From NCBI GenBank assembly GCA_051294905.1, contig CM119373.1, positions 2,048,001-2,112,000 on the forward strand: 64,000 nucleotides of DNA. The letters run 5' to 3'. Each line of letters starts with the position of its first letter. Within the stretch, counting starts at the first letter, position 1. This DNA comes from Botryllus schlosseri (taxonomy: Eukaryota). Below, one piece after another: positions 37,752-50,076 of this stretch. The notes beneath the pieces were generated by a model that saw only the letters and a program-made list of their open reading frames with translations, did no database searches and was not told where the DNA came from. A program made the translations under genes and the position numbers.

Positions 37752-38556
37752 GTGCGTCATCATGAACAATACGTAAATCACCCCTTGGAAATGAATTCCA
37801 GCTAAGCTTTTCATTCAAGAGAGCTTGATTCTCATGCACTCAAAATTCAAATAATTCAATTTTTTTTTCATCCCGGTGTTGAAGCATTTACAATTTGCCA
37901 GCGACGTCTAAACTAGTTGACAATACGCAACAGTATTTTAATAATCTGTAATATGCAGGCTATTGTGCTGCATCCGGAAAATTTCGCGAGCCTTATCTTT
38001 CATTACGTGTCGCTATATATCTGGCCGCAAAACCATGTATTCCATGAAGCTCATTGTAAAATGACAGCATGTAACGAAGTTTATTTAAGCGCTGTTAACG
38101 AAACGACCGGTGGACGGTCATATTATCAATATATATTATAGGATAATAACCCACGTTAGAATTCTAACCACCAACGCCGACTGAGTAACGAAAATCAATT
38201 TAGTGTTTGATGTTTGACTCAAATGCACTCGGGGCCAATTTTCAAATTTTTGACAACCCCGTGGAACACGGTTTCAATATGGGTATTCAATGTATGCTCA
38301 AGTATGTCGTATTTGACGAGGTGAAATTGTACTATTGGCCGGAATAGCAGATTGAGTTTCCGTAAATATAGTGAACTTATGATTTACTACTTATTTTACC
38401 AATTTACGCGTGGCACCAATGAAAACCACATTCACAAATATTTGACTAAAAATTGTCGTTGTACCAGGCAGGGAGTACGCATCATTTTTCGCAATTATGA
38501 AAAATAGGCACCATGGCCCAATCTAGGTTTGGGGTAACATATTGATAAGTGTAGGC

Positions 38557-40107
38557 CAGGGGTAGGCAAACCCCAGCACGCGTGCAATTTGTGCCACGCG
38601 AAATGATTTTTCATGGAATGCCGAACGATTTCACGCAAACGACATATTCATACCATGATTTTGCAAAAAGTGAAACAGAAGTTTTCAAAACGTGAAATGC
38701 TCGTGGGCGATCCAAAATTATTATTATTATTTCACATTTTACAGTGGTTCTTCTCGCCTTTTTCAGGCTATGTGCACCACGACACGAATATTTGTAATGT
38801 TCATAAGTCTTTGTCTTGGTGTTAATCTTGGGGACGACTTCTTCATTCTTTCGCACATCCAGACGTCAGTCTTTCTTGCACCCATGCGTCCCCGTCGAGG
38901 TCTTTGCTGCCGACTTCTGGGACGGCTCACTTTCAATCTGGGCTTTTCAATGCACTGCAACTGCAGTGAGGTCGGCAATGAGTAGCCCAGAGAAACCTCC
39001 GACACATAGAACCTGATGTGTTAATTATGTTGTGGGAACCCCCAACAAATGGATAAATATATATGTATTTACAAAATGTTTTAAAAATCTATGCATAGTG
39101 TACAAAAATGAGTCAACCGTATTAGCAGTTGTGAAAGAACATCAACCGAATATCGTTTGAAAACGTTTGAATGCTTTAGTCTAGGAGTGTTATTCACTGT
39201 GTAGCCTGTGGGATTGCAACTTCTGAACCGGCATTACGACGCTGGGCATCTTCACGCTATAGAATACACGACCTAGATATAGAGTTTCGGACAACATCCG
39301 ACCATGCGACTAACAGGCGGTGTATGCGTAGCCAAAATGATTGGCGGCGATTAAACCTTGAAACAAAATAGCCGCTGCATGATGGACAAAACGTTAGACC
39401 TTGATATGTCCACTGGCAAGGCGCCGAAGTGACCAGCGCCGAATGGCCAGCGCCCGCACCCGCAGCTTGAGCCGCACGTATCAAATGAGATCTGCCAAGG
39501 AAAATAATCAGCCCCGTGTCCAAATGCGAATCGTGTTCGTCTCTCGGGCGTAGAGTCTGGTGTGCACGCGATTCAATATCTTGAGCAACGCCAATCCTTA
39601 CCGCTTGACTGCGACCTTTGCCGACAAATATAGTGTCAGACCGACCTTAATGTGACGCCAAACCGATTTGAATGAGACTGTGGGGAGGGGGGAAACATTT
39701 TTCATCATCATCAGACCATATCATCGTAGCTACACTGATTGGCCCGTCATTTATGATTTATTGGATACGGTAACCAACATAGTGGACTTGGAAACGATCC
39801 AATCAACCACACAAGATCGATCATTGCCCAATGGCGCGACTGAAAATAAATTATGTAAATATCACGTGAGCCTACATATAAGCGATAGGTCGGGTACGGT
39901 AGTGTCCAAAATTCAATCCCTTCACGGCCAATCAAGAATTGCTGGCGTGACGAATGGCGTTGCCAGGCGTAGAAAAACGGTTGGTGGTGTTCCTTGCTGT
40001 TTGAAACGTTAAATATTAATACATTAAATGTTTGGCACGCAAGCTGGTAAAAAATCGACATTTTTTGACATTTTGGCACGCTGCACATAAAAGGTTGCCG
40101 GCACCTA
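38557..40107. mobile_element. Duplicate of hAT element 18116-20108 without the RTE
   Basis: Same termini; TSD gtgtaggc / gtataggc. Confidence 0.88.
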
Positions 40108-41957
40108 GTATAGGCTATTGGTCATGTCATTGCCCAAGTCAAAATAGAACAGCGTTGGATTTTACTTCACTGGTGTCACAGCGGTGGAGCGTGCCATTGC
40201 GGCATTCGCCATCTTTAATCGGCCATAAAGCTACGGATGAAGGGATCAAAGATGCAACTGGCTGCACATTAAGGGGGCAACAGAATGCTAGATGTTGTTA
40301 TAACAACTTGCGTCGATAGCAAAATACCATGTCACGAGCTTATCGTCTATTACGATCCCCTGTTCACGCGAATAATAATTTTTGCCTCCATGGTTATAAA
40401 CATGTCACGACACTCCGAGTTACTCGGAGTCGACTCGAATCATTTTCATCTTGTCACCGAGTCATTCCGATTAATTCAGCGTAAGGTCGCCTCCAACTCC
40501 AAGTCACAGATTTCAGTCTCGAATCATATGCGGTTCATGTTTCATCATCAAGATTAGGCTGTTCTATGTCGGCCTAATAGAAGATCTTCCACCGCATAGT
40601 AGCGTTTGAATGTGATGCCATATAGCTAACTTGGATCAGTCGTTTGATGTTTTTTGGTAAATTTAAAGGGAATGATAACTTTTCTAATCTGACAAAAAGA
40701 AATTTTGCATTGAGCTGCTTCCAAGTATCGCCTCCTTGGAAATCCAAAATTTTGACTTAGCCGAGCAAAATGTTCTCGTGGATCGCCTGTTCGGGACCCA
40801 GGCTTATATCATTCGGGTTACCGCTATCAAAAATACTGCTGGTGTAAATAGAGAAAACAATGACGTTACTGGATTATTGCAAATTAATCGTCTACGAGCA
40901 AATTTGCGTGCTTTTTGTGCTATCAAGAAACATCAAGTCGATCCCAAAAAACTCCTAAAACCCAGCCTATACTAACCGAACCCAAGTCAAACTAATCTCC
41001 ATGCTAATATGCTTTCATCATTTCTGCCCTTATTCACGACACATCGCAGCGTAGATATCTTGACGATTGCGTTCTGCAACAAACTATACCACTGGTCAAC
41101 AAAATAAAATAAAAATAATTCGGCAGAAAATCTAGGTGCTGTTATAGGGTTTTCAAGGTTGCCGATGACGAATAGTACTTTTGTTTTGCCAGATTGACTT
41201 GCCCACCAGACTTGAGTCTTTTTTCCGTGTCATTTGCTGTCATCATTCTGGAGTTCGGCTCTCTCTTCGCCTGAGCTTTTCAATACGCTGTATTTACAGC
41301 GGATCGGAGTTGAGGAGCCCAGATAGACCACATATAAACATGGCAGAGCCGATACTTGAACCACCAACCATTGGTGTCGTGACTGCAGTGTTTAACCAAC
41401 TGCGCCACTCGCTTCCACGTGACATGAATATATCCTTATTGTTATGACGCGGTCACATGTTAACGTAGCTTATATAGCGTTACAACTATAGGGTTCGCTC
41501 GCATGATTCTAACAATAATGAAGACGTCATAGCTCAGTCGTAACAAATGATACATGGTGTTCTCTATTCTAACTCTAATCCTTTTAATGCTGTCTGTTGA
41601 TCCATGCGTAACCTGAATAATTCCGACTTTCAGCTGCATCGTATTATTCGCACGTTTCCATACCGCTGTTTCACACCTACAGAATAGTCTGCCGTTCACT
41701 GTCGCAACAAGAACCACAATTATACACATTTATACATTCATTGCATTTATTACTCTGAAATAAAACTATTCACAAAAACACGTACAATCGTATCAATAAT
41801 CACCAGAATAATTCAGGTATTCATTGGTTGAAAATCCTTGCGCTCTTTTTGTCAAGAATGCCATAGTAGGATCTTCGCCCACATCTGATGTTTTACACTG
41901 TAACTGTTTCCCAGTCACGGAAAATTCATCCGGTTCCATGAATTCGATTATCTAAGG

Positions 41958-43285
41958 CAGTGGTTCTCAACCTTTTTTGACACGCGCCCCCCCTTAGAGA
42001 TGGTCAAAAAAATCGCGCCCCCTGACCCCCCTTGCATTTATCGTCATGTCAAAAAGAGCACATCATCTAATACAGAGGTGGGCAACGTTTTTGATAATCA
42101 TGACTGCATTTAGATTGCTTATGTAGCGTAAGGCCGCATTCCAGGGCATAGCCGCAATGAACGATCTGGACGCAAAATTCCTATGGTAAACTGTCAATAT
42201 CCATTCCCGGTGAACTCCGGACTATTCTACTTTTCACAATGGCCTATTGTATGCGCCGAAATCGCGAGTGGCAATGTTATGAATCATTGCCGGGAGGCGC
42301 ATATTGTCGCGCGGAGCGCGAAAATTTTTCAGGGCCGCGAACGAATTGTTATTTCTTGCCATTTCCCATTCCGGCTCAGATTAAGAAGGGCGCTACTGCA
42401 ATAAAATCGAAAAATGAAGTCGTGTTGAATTGCACGGAGGGCGAAGAAAATTTCAAAAATTGCGGAAAATGCGGGAGTGAATTCGTAATTGCAATTTTCA
42501 TGTCTACGGCCGCCAACACATCCTAATTGATCGAATGAGGCGTCGACGGCCGCTCGAATTCCCTTCTAGGACCGCAGGCTGCCCACCCCTGATCTAATAG
42601 TATACATAAGGTATATCTTACGTCAATTTTGAATCTGCATTCCAGTTGTTGAGTCTTTTACATTGCTGACAAATTTCTCCAAACTTGTTTGAAAATAACA
42701 ATAAAACATTGAACAAGACATCCATTAATTAATTTCAAGGTAGGTCACCCTGACACTAATCCTGATGCTGGTAGTGAGTACAGAGAGCAAGGCGTCGTTC
42801 TGTCCTGCCAGGCTAAATTTGATCAGTTTTGGAAATTAATAAAATTGTGTTGATTTATAGCCTAATCGAGGGCGAAACCGTGCAACCTATGTTACATCTA
42901 AGTCTGCCTTAGGCAGTGCAGTTCACAAGCTACTAACAACAGCTGCCCAGCGCGACAAGCTTTAGGCTACTGTCAAAGCTATGAATCAATGAATGACTTA
43001 CACGTGGGAATTGCTCTCTATATCTCCAAAGAATATCAAAAATTTGCTCAAATGAAGTTGAAATCAGACTATACTCCGTTGAGCGCGGTTGCTAGAGTTT
43101 GTATTTTGCAAGCTTTCCTGAATATGGAATAATTTTCATCTCCATCAATCGTCTTCTCATAATGGATGTGAAACACATGTTCAGATATGTACAATTTATA
43201 CTGACCTTGTCAATTTCTCGCGCCCCCCCCCCCCCCCTATACTGACTTCGTCAATTTCTCGCGCCCCCCAGGTTGAGAACCTCTG
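41958..43285. mobile_element. Duplicate of composite hAT MITE 180-1506
   Basis: Same TIRs, TSD ATCTAAGG and flanks. Confidence 0.92.
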
Positions 43286-46200
43286 ATCTAAGGTTTTAGT
43301 GGTCCGAAACCTAGTGAATCATGAAAATAAGTCTGGTGCCCCCCTATTTTAAGGGTGTAGTAAAACCCCAATGTGTAAGTGGTCGAAGTCCGCCTTCCGG
43401 TTAGGAATTCACTATTAGACCACTCGACTGATCAAGGGTATAATTTTTTTTGCTGTTTTCGGGATCAAATCCAGGTTGTTATAACAACCATCGGGTAAAA
43501 ACTACGGGCTCATAGCATTTGGTTCGAGATCGATGGACACATCTCGAATTCTCCTCTACGATTGCCAATACGGTGAATAAAGTTGTATTCGTTTCGTTTT
43601 ATTGCTTTGTGTGACCACTTAATCAGCTGAGAATGTTGTAGAGACTTGCTCACGTTACATTTAGCGCTGCTATTAAATTCAACATGAATGCGGGTAACAA
43701 CACTCAGCAGTATCATCCTTTATGATACGATTACGAAATATTCTGACGACATAATTTTGTAGCTCTCAAATACAAGTATATTTAGTTACTCGTTTTTGCC
43801 AGAAAGCTGCAAAACACCTTTAATGTACAAATGACATCACTCTCGAAAGTTGATCAGTAGCGTTTAGCGCCTTTGCGATTTAGGCACGCAGTGCGCATCA
43901 GGATAAAATACCTAGTCAAAAATATTTTATGTAAAACAACCCGAGCTATCAGTATAAGTATCAATTTATTAATATTTTCATCATTTCAAAACACCACAAA
44001 ACTTCGATACCATGAAAGGATAGGAAGATGTCAAAACTACTTGGAGTATAGCTAGCGTGACGGGGTTGTTATGAAGGGGAATAAGCAATCCAAAAGTACC
44101 CCAAATTCATTTTACATGATTTAAAATAAACCACTGCATTCATGGTATCATGAGTCGGTGGATATTTCGCGATGAGCGCGACTAAAAACGTTGTGATTTA
44201 ACAGATTTTGTCGAATGTTAGTTTGCAATGAGAAACCAGGAACAATCATATGTCCTTACTACACCATCTGCTGCGAGACCATTTTCTTCAGCGCCTCAAC
44301 CGCGTCCAGAGCCAAGTGCCCTCTATTTCGCCCCCTGAGCGTTTCCGCCCCTTCAAAATCCAAGTGGCTCCCTGGGAGGCGCTGGAGACAAGGTTAAGAA
44401 CCACTGATCTAAATCATCACGAACTATATTGGTAAAATTACGTCTCCTCCAGCTTCATAAACTGCTCATCTTCGACAGTACAATGCTCCCGGACGCATAG
44501 AAGAGTAGCGTACGACCAGTGTTGCTGATTATAAATTCTGTAGACGGAATTGGGCTCTGAGCTGTCGTAAGAAGTCGTCAGAAACAACATATACAAATGC
44601 GCGTGGTCGTGTTCGTGTGGTTTTTGCGCTATCACGAAGCAACTAACGATCCAGATTAAACGTTTAAATTCTAATCTTTTCCAAGTCTATATCATGGTAT
44701 CATGCTCAATCTTCTAGAATGATAGATACTTTTGTACTCAGCGCTTCTTCGGAAATTGTTTCAATCATCACACCCATCTCTGATCTGAACATATAAAGTG
44801 TCATCACCATGTTTGCATCTGCTTTAACAATAATCGAATTTTTGAATTGTTCTTATGCTCTAATTTTAATTCCAATCTAATTCATGAATTGTTCTTATGC
44901 TCTAATTCTAATCTAATTTATTGTTTTCCTGAAAATGCCTATTTGACCGCGGCATGTTGCAGCGAGTCCATCTCGCAAAGGGATATCCAGAGTCAAGCCG
45001 CAATTGCATTACTTACACCGTACAGAAATAGTAGTTGTTGTGCGACGAATAATAGCCATACTGGAACAATTGTGACGCTTATCGCCGAATCATGTTATTT
45101 GTGCCATGAAAATGAATGTTGCAATGTTCATTGATCTTTGCCTTTGGAACTCTTTTTGGACTACTTCCAGTCACGTATCTATTCATCATATATCTATCTC
45201 GTTTGCATACGACCTCTTCAGTGTCTTTTGCTGACGATTTTCGAAGCTCGAGTTCAATTATTTAAACTGGGCTTTTCGTACGGCACTGCATACGCAGTGA
45301 GTTCAGCTACTAACGATTCGATATTAGGGCTATCCAGACATGTTGCTAGGTGAAAGACTATCTCATCCTAAAGATTGGCTTTGGGGACGCCCTATAGCCC
45401 TAGTTTTCCAAGCGCCTCGGTGTCGAGTGCACTGTACGTCATGGCAATATCCCTATTCATGCCAGCTGACTCATCATCGATGGAATGCTGTTGCCTTCGT
45501 TGAAGCTATTTCCGCTATAGCGAGGAATAGTGTTGTTGAGGACAGACGAATAGGTTTATTTAATACAACAACAATAATTATTTGAAACTGAAATCAATTT
45601 TCGCATTTCAAAATGCTTTATTCGCGTTCTTCCAAATTCATAGATCAGATCGCCAGCCGCAAAATACGACTTCGCGGGCCGCCTATTGATGACCCGGGTA
45701 TAGTGCAAAACGAGCGAAGCTTGATATACAGACGTTAACCAATCTCTTTGTTATGAGACTCCACTGTGGTTTGATATGAACTGAACTTTTTGCTGTATTT
45801 ATTTCTCATTCAGAATTTCATTCGATTTCCAAGTAGTTTTTCCGAATTCAGTAGCCAAATTCTAATTGTAAGTATAATCTAATTTGAAAATAACTGTGTT
45901 AATCTAATTCTAATTGTGATCTAATTTGAAAAAAATTGTATAGCTCTAATTATAATTCTAATCTAATTCGGAAATGCTAAAAATTTTCTAGTTGTCCTAG
46001 TCTGCCGCGTAAGTGGCGTCTTATAAAAGCTTATGAGTGGGCCGTGCTGCAGGTATTGTTTGTTTGTTTGTTTTGGGGTATTCATGGTGTTTGTCGACTA
46101 CGATGGTCATTTACACCAGGCCGACATTCTTTTTATTTTCCGTAACTGCCGACTTATAGCACGGCTCACCTCTAGGCTTTTGTAAGACACCGCTGACGCG

Positions 46201-47189
46201 GATGAGGTGGCGAGGAGGAGCCTAGGTAAACCTCCAACACTTGGGTATCGAGATTCCCGTGCTGCAGGTCAGCAGCTACGAAATTTAAATGAAGCACATT
46301 GGCCTGGTGTAAATGACCATAGTAGTCGACAAACCCCATGAATACCTCAAATAAAACAAACAAGCGACTAGAAAGGGAGCATAGAAATACGTCAACTGAT
46401 ATCGTCGTTAGTGCCACTGATTTAGCGCTCCATAACTGTACTCAACAGGCAAATCATCACAATTTTGCCAATTCCATTGTTCGCGAATAAATTCGTTGCT
46501 AGAATATAAACCTTATGATCCGTGATATGATTTAATGTACTATTATGTATATATGATTGATAATAAAGTATTAAAGTGAAAATACGGACATGTGGCAAAA
46601 CTTTGAAACGAGTTGACAGATGGTCGGGCCCGTGAGAAATTTGAAGATTTTAATCCTACCCGAGTAGCCATTTGAGTTTGACAACCGTTCTCTAAGCTTA
46701 ATTGCGATGACGAGATAGCATAATGGTATGATCCACGGCTGCAACACCAATTGGTTGCGGGTTCGAGTCTGACAGAGGTCGCCTCCAGAATTCCCAGCCA
46801 AGTGTTAGAGGTTTATATAGGGCTAGGCTCCTCTTCATTCACCAGATCGGCGCTAGCGATTTCTTAAAAAAGGCTAGAAGTGGATTTTGCTATGAGTGCT
46901 CTCAATATTGCAGGCCCTGAGTATTTTTCTGCACAGCGATCAATGTATATTTTTAAAGTTAGATGCCTCTTGGCTCTGCATTCAGAACAAGTCGTTTTAC
47001 ATGCAATCTAAATTCAAATCATTGGTAAAACGGAGTATATATCGCACGACATTAAAAGCTGGCGATTTCGTCTATTATAACATTTGAGATCGACCGAGAC
47101 CGAGTGTTTCATTTCGATTTCCCAGAAGTGTTTATGAATACGGGCTGGGCACCGTTTAAACCCTAATATTGTCGTTATCGAGTGATCAC

Positions 47190-47510
47190 ATATTAAAATG
47201 GCTATCCGGACCACATATTAAAATGCTCCATCTCTAGGGTATTGAAAAAATCGGATACAGGTCCAAAATATGGCCCAGAAAAATGCCCGCCATTTTTGCC
47301 CCTACCTTGGCTAGGTAACGTGTCTAGCCGTTTTGAAAAGCTTATTAAATCGGCTGTTCACCGTTGCTATTACAGCGTTAACACGCATGCAGTGTACACG
47401 ACGAAACCCTTGTTACCCAACTCTCGAAAATATGTACTTCCTGCCTTTGATGCAAGTAATGTTGTTTACCAATACAAGTACCACTGTGATAGTAGGTATG
47501 TAGGATGTAC
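47190..47510 (+). mobile_element. Duplicate Penelope-like fragment truncated by a deletion
   Basis: Matches 6757-7077, then joins directly to the equivalent of 9928. Confidence 0.9.
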
Positions 47511-48776
47511 GACCACTCGCAATTTGGGTGCGTGTAGTAAGCGGATATGAAATAATATAGATAAGTCCGGAGCTCATCGGAAATGGACATGGATCTCTCA
47601 ATATTGGTAGTTGGCGTCCAGCTAGTTCATCGCGACTAAGCTCTGGAATGCTGCCGTAGGCTACATGATTAATCGATATGCAGCCGTGAATAGTAAAAAG
47701 GTTGGCGACCCCTTGGAAATGAATTCCAGCTAAGCTTTTCATTTAAGAGAGCTCGTTTCTCATGCACTTGAAATTAAAATCATTCAAACTTTTTTTTTAT
47801 AATGGTGTCGAAGCATATACACTTATACAATCTTCCAGCGATTTCAATACCAATTGACAATATATACCAGTATTTTAATAATCTGTAATATGTATTGTGC
47901 TGCATCCGGAATATTTCGCGATCGGTATTTTTCGTTACATGTCGCTACATCTCTAATCGCAAAACCATGTATTTCAAGGCGCCATTGTAAAATGCCAACA
48001 TGTAACAAGGTTTTTGTTATCGCTGGTAACGAAACGACCGGCGAACGGTCATATTATCAATATCTATTATAGGATAATAACTCATGGTATAAATCTAGCC
48101 GACTGAGTGAAGAAAATCGATTTAGTGTTTGATGCTTGACTCATATGTACTCGGGATCCAATTTCCTAGTTTTTGATCACCCCGCTGGCCACAGCGTCAA
48201 TATGGGTATGCAATGTATTTTTAAGTATGTCGTATTTGACGAGGTGAAATTGTTCGATTGAAGGTTAACCGAAATAGCAGACTGAGATTCCACAAATATC
48301 GTGACATTGTGATTTACTATTTTTTAGCAATTTATGCGTTGCACGAATAAAAACCACATTCATAAATATTTGACTAGAACTGTCATTGTACTTGACAGGG
48401 AGTACGCATCATTTGTCAAAATTATAAGAAATAGGCAACATAGCCGAATCTAGTTTTAAGATATCATATTGATAAGTATAGGCTATTGATTATGTCATTG
48501 CCCAAGTCAAAATAAAACAGCGTTGGATTTAACTTCACTGGTGTTACAGCGGTGGAGCGTAGCACTACGGTATTCACCCTCTTAAATCGGCGATAAAGAT
48601 ATGGATAAAGGGGTCAAAGATGAAACTGACTACACATTCAGGGTGCAATAGAATGCTCACTGTTGTTATAACAATTTGCGTCGATAGCGAAATACCGTGT
48701 CACGAGCTCAATTCCAGTCAGTCGAAGCGGAGTTATTGCCGTCGCAAAATTTTGGATTTGAATAAAATAGTATTTA

Positions 48777-50076
48777 CGATTACCAGAGAACCCGTCCCTT
48801 GGGGAACCCGTCCCTACCAACTCGGCCCTCGGAGAACCCGGCCCTTGGAGAACCCGGCCCTCGGGAAATTTTGCATATCAAGCACTCGTGGTCTACTTGT
48901 TGTCGTATTTACGGTGTTTTTCGACTACTCTGGACCTCGGAGAATGCGGCCCGCGAATAATTTTGTATTAAAAATGCATTAAATGTGAAGCCGGCCCTCG
49001 GGAAATATTGTATTCACCGGCAACCCTAATATCCCACCTCCACCAACCCTAATATCCCACCCCCGGCAACCCTAATATCCTAACCCTAACCCTAATATCC
49101 TCCCCCAACCCTAATATCCCCCTCCCCCAACCCTAATATCCCCCTCCCCCAACCCTAATATCCCACCTCCGGCAACCCTAATATCCCACCTCCACCAACC
49201 CTAATATCCCACCCCCGGCAACCCTAATATCCTAACCCTAAAGCTAATATCCCCCCCCCTACCCTAATATCCCCCTCCCCCAACCCTAATATCCCACCTC
49301 CGGCAACCCTAATATCCCACCCCCGGCAACCCTAATATCCCACCCCCGGCAACCCTAATATCCCCCTCCCCCAACCCTAATATCCCACCTCCGGCAACCC
49401 TAATATCCCACCCCCGGCAACCCTAATATCCCACCCCCGGCAACCCTAATATCCTAACCCTAACCCCAATATCCTCCCCCAACCCTAATATCCCCCTCCC
49501 CCAACCCTAATATCCCACCTCCGGCAACCCTAATATCCCACCTCCACCAACCCTAATATCCCACCCCGGCAACCCTAATATCCCACCCCCGGCAACCCTA
49601 ATATCCCACCCCCGGCAACCCTAATATCCCACCCCGGCAACCCTAATATCCCATCCCCGGCAACCCTAATATCCCATCCCCGGCAACCCTAATATCCCAC
49701 GCATGCCCTGACCTCCTTACAAGACCGACAAATCAGTTGATAATAACATTATTACTTTATTAATTCATATTAATACTTGTGAATACACTTAATTTCTAAA
49801 TTTCCCGAGGAATATTACTTTTCATTCAGTGTGCATGCCTCTTATTTACTTCGCCTAGGCTAAGGTGGGTGTCTGATCTTAATGGCTACTCCAAGTTGTT
49901 TCGACACCCTCCTATCTTTTCATTGTATCGCAGTCTTGTGATGTTTTGAAACGATGAAAATATTAATAAACCTGACTGACTGACTTCACCGAGGGCCGGG
50001 TTCTCCAAGGGCCGGGTTCTCCGAGGGCCGAGTTGGTAGGGACGGGTTCTCCAAGGGACGGGTTCTCCGGCAACCG
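48777..50076. mobile_element. Unclassified TIR element with 6-bp TSD and internal minisatellite
   Basis: ~90-bp TIRs CG(A/G)TT(A/G)CC(A/G)GAGAACCCGTCCCTTGG built of ~17-bp subrepeats; TSD TATTTA (48771-48776, 50077-50082); empty site 11026-11031. Confidence 0.9.
49016..49700. repeat. ~19-21 bp C-rich minisatellite (CCCCGGCAACCCTAATATCCCA) with telomere-like AACCCTAA core
   Basis: Directly visible, >30 units, including TAACCCTAACCCTAA at ~49081. Confidence 0.95.

Noticed and set aside
49016..49700. True telomere or chromosome fusion site
   Set aside because: Not pure TTAGGG, single orientation, and enclosed by TIRs and a TSD with an empty sister site.
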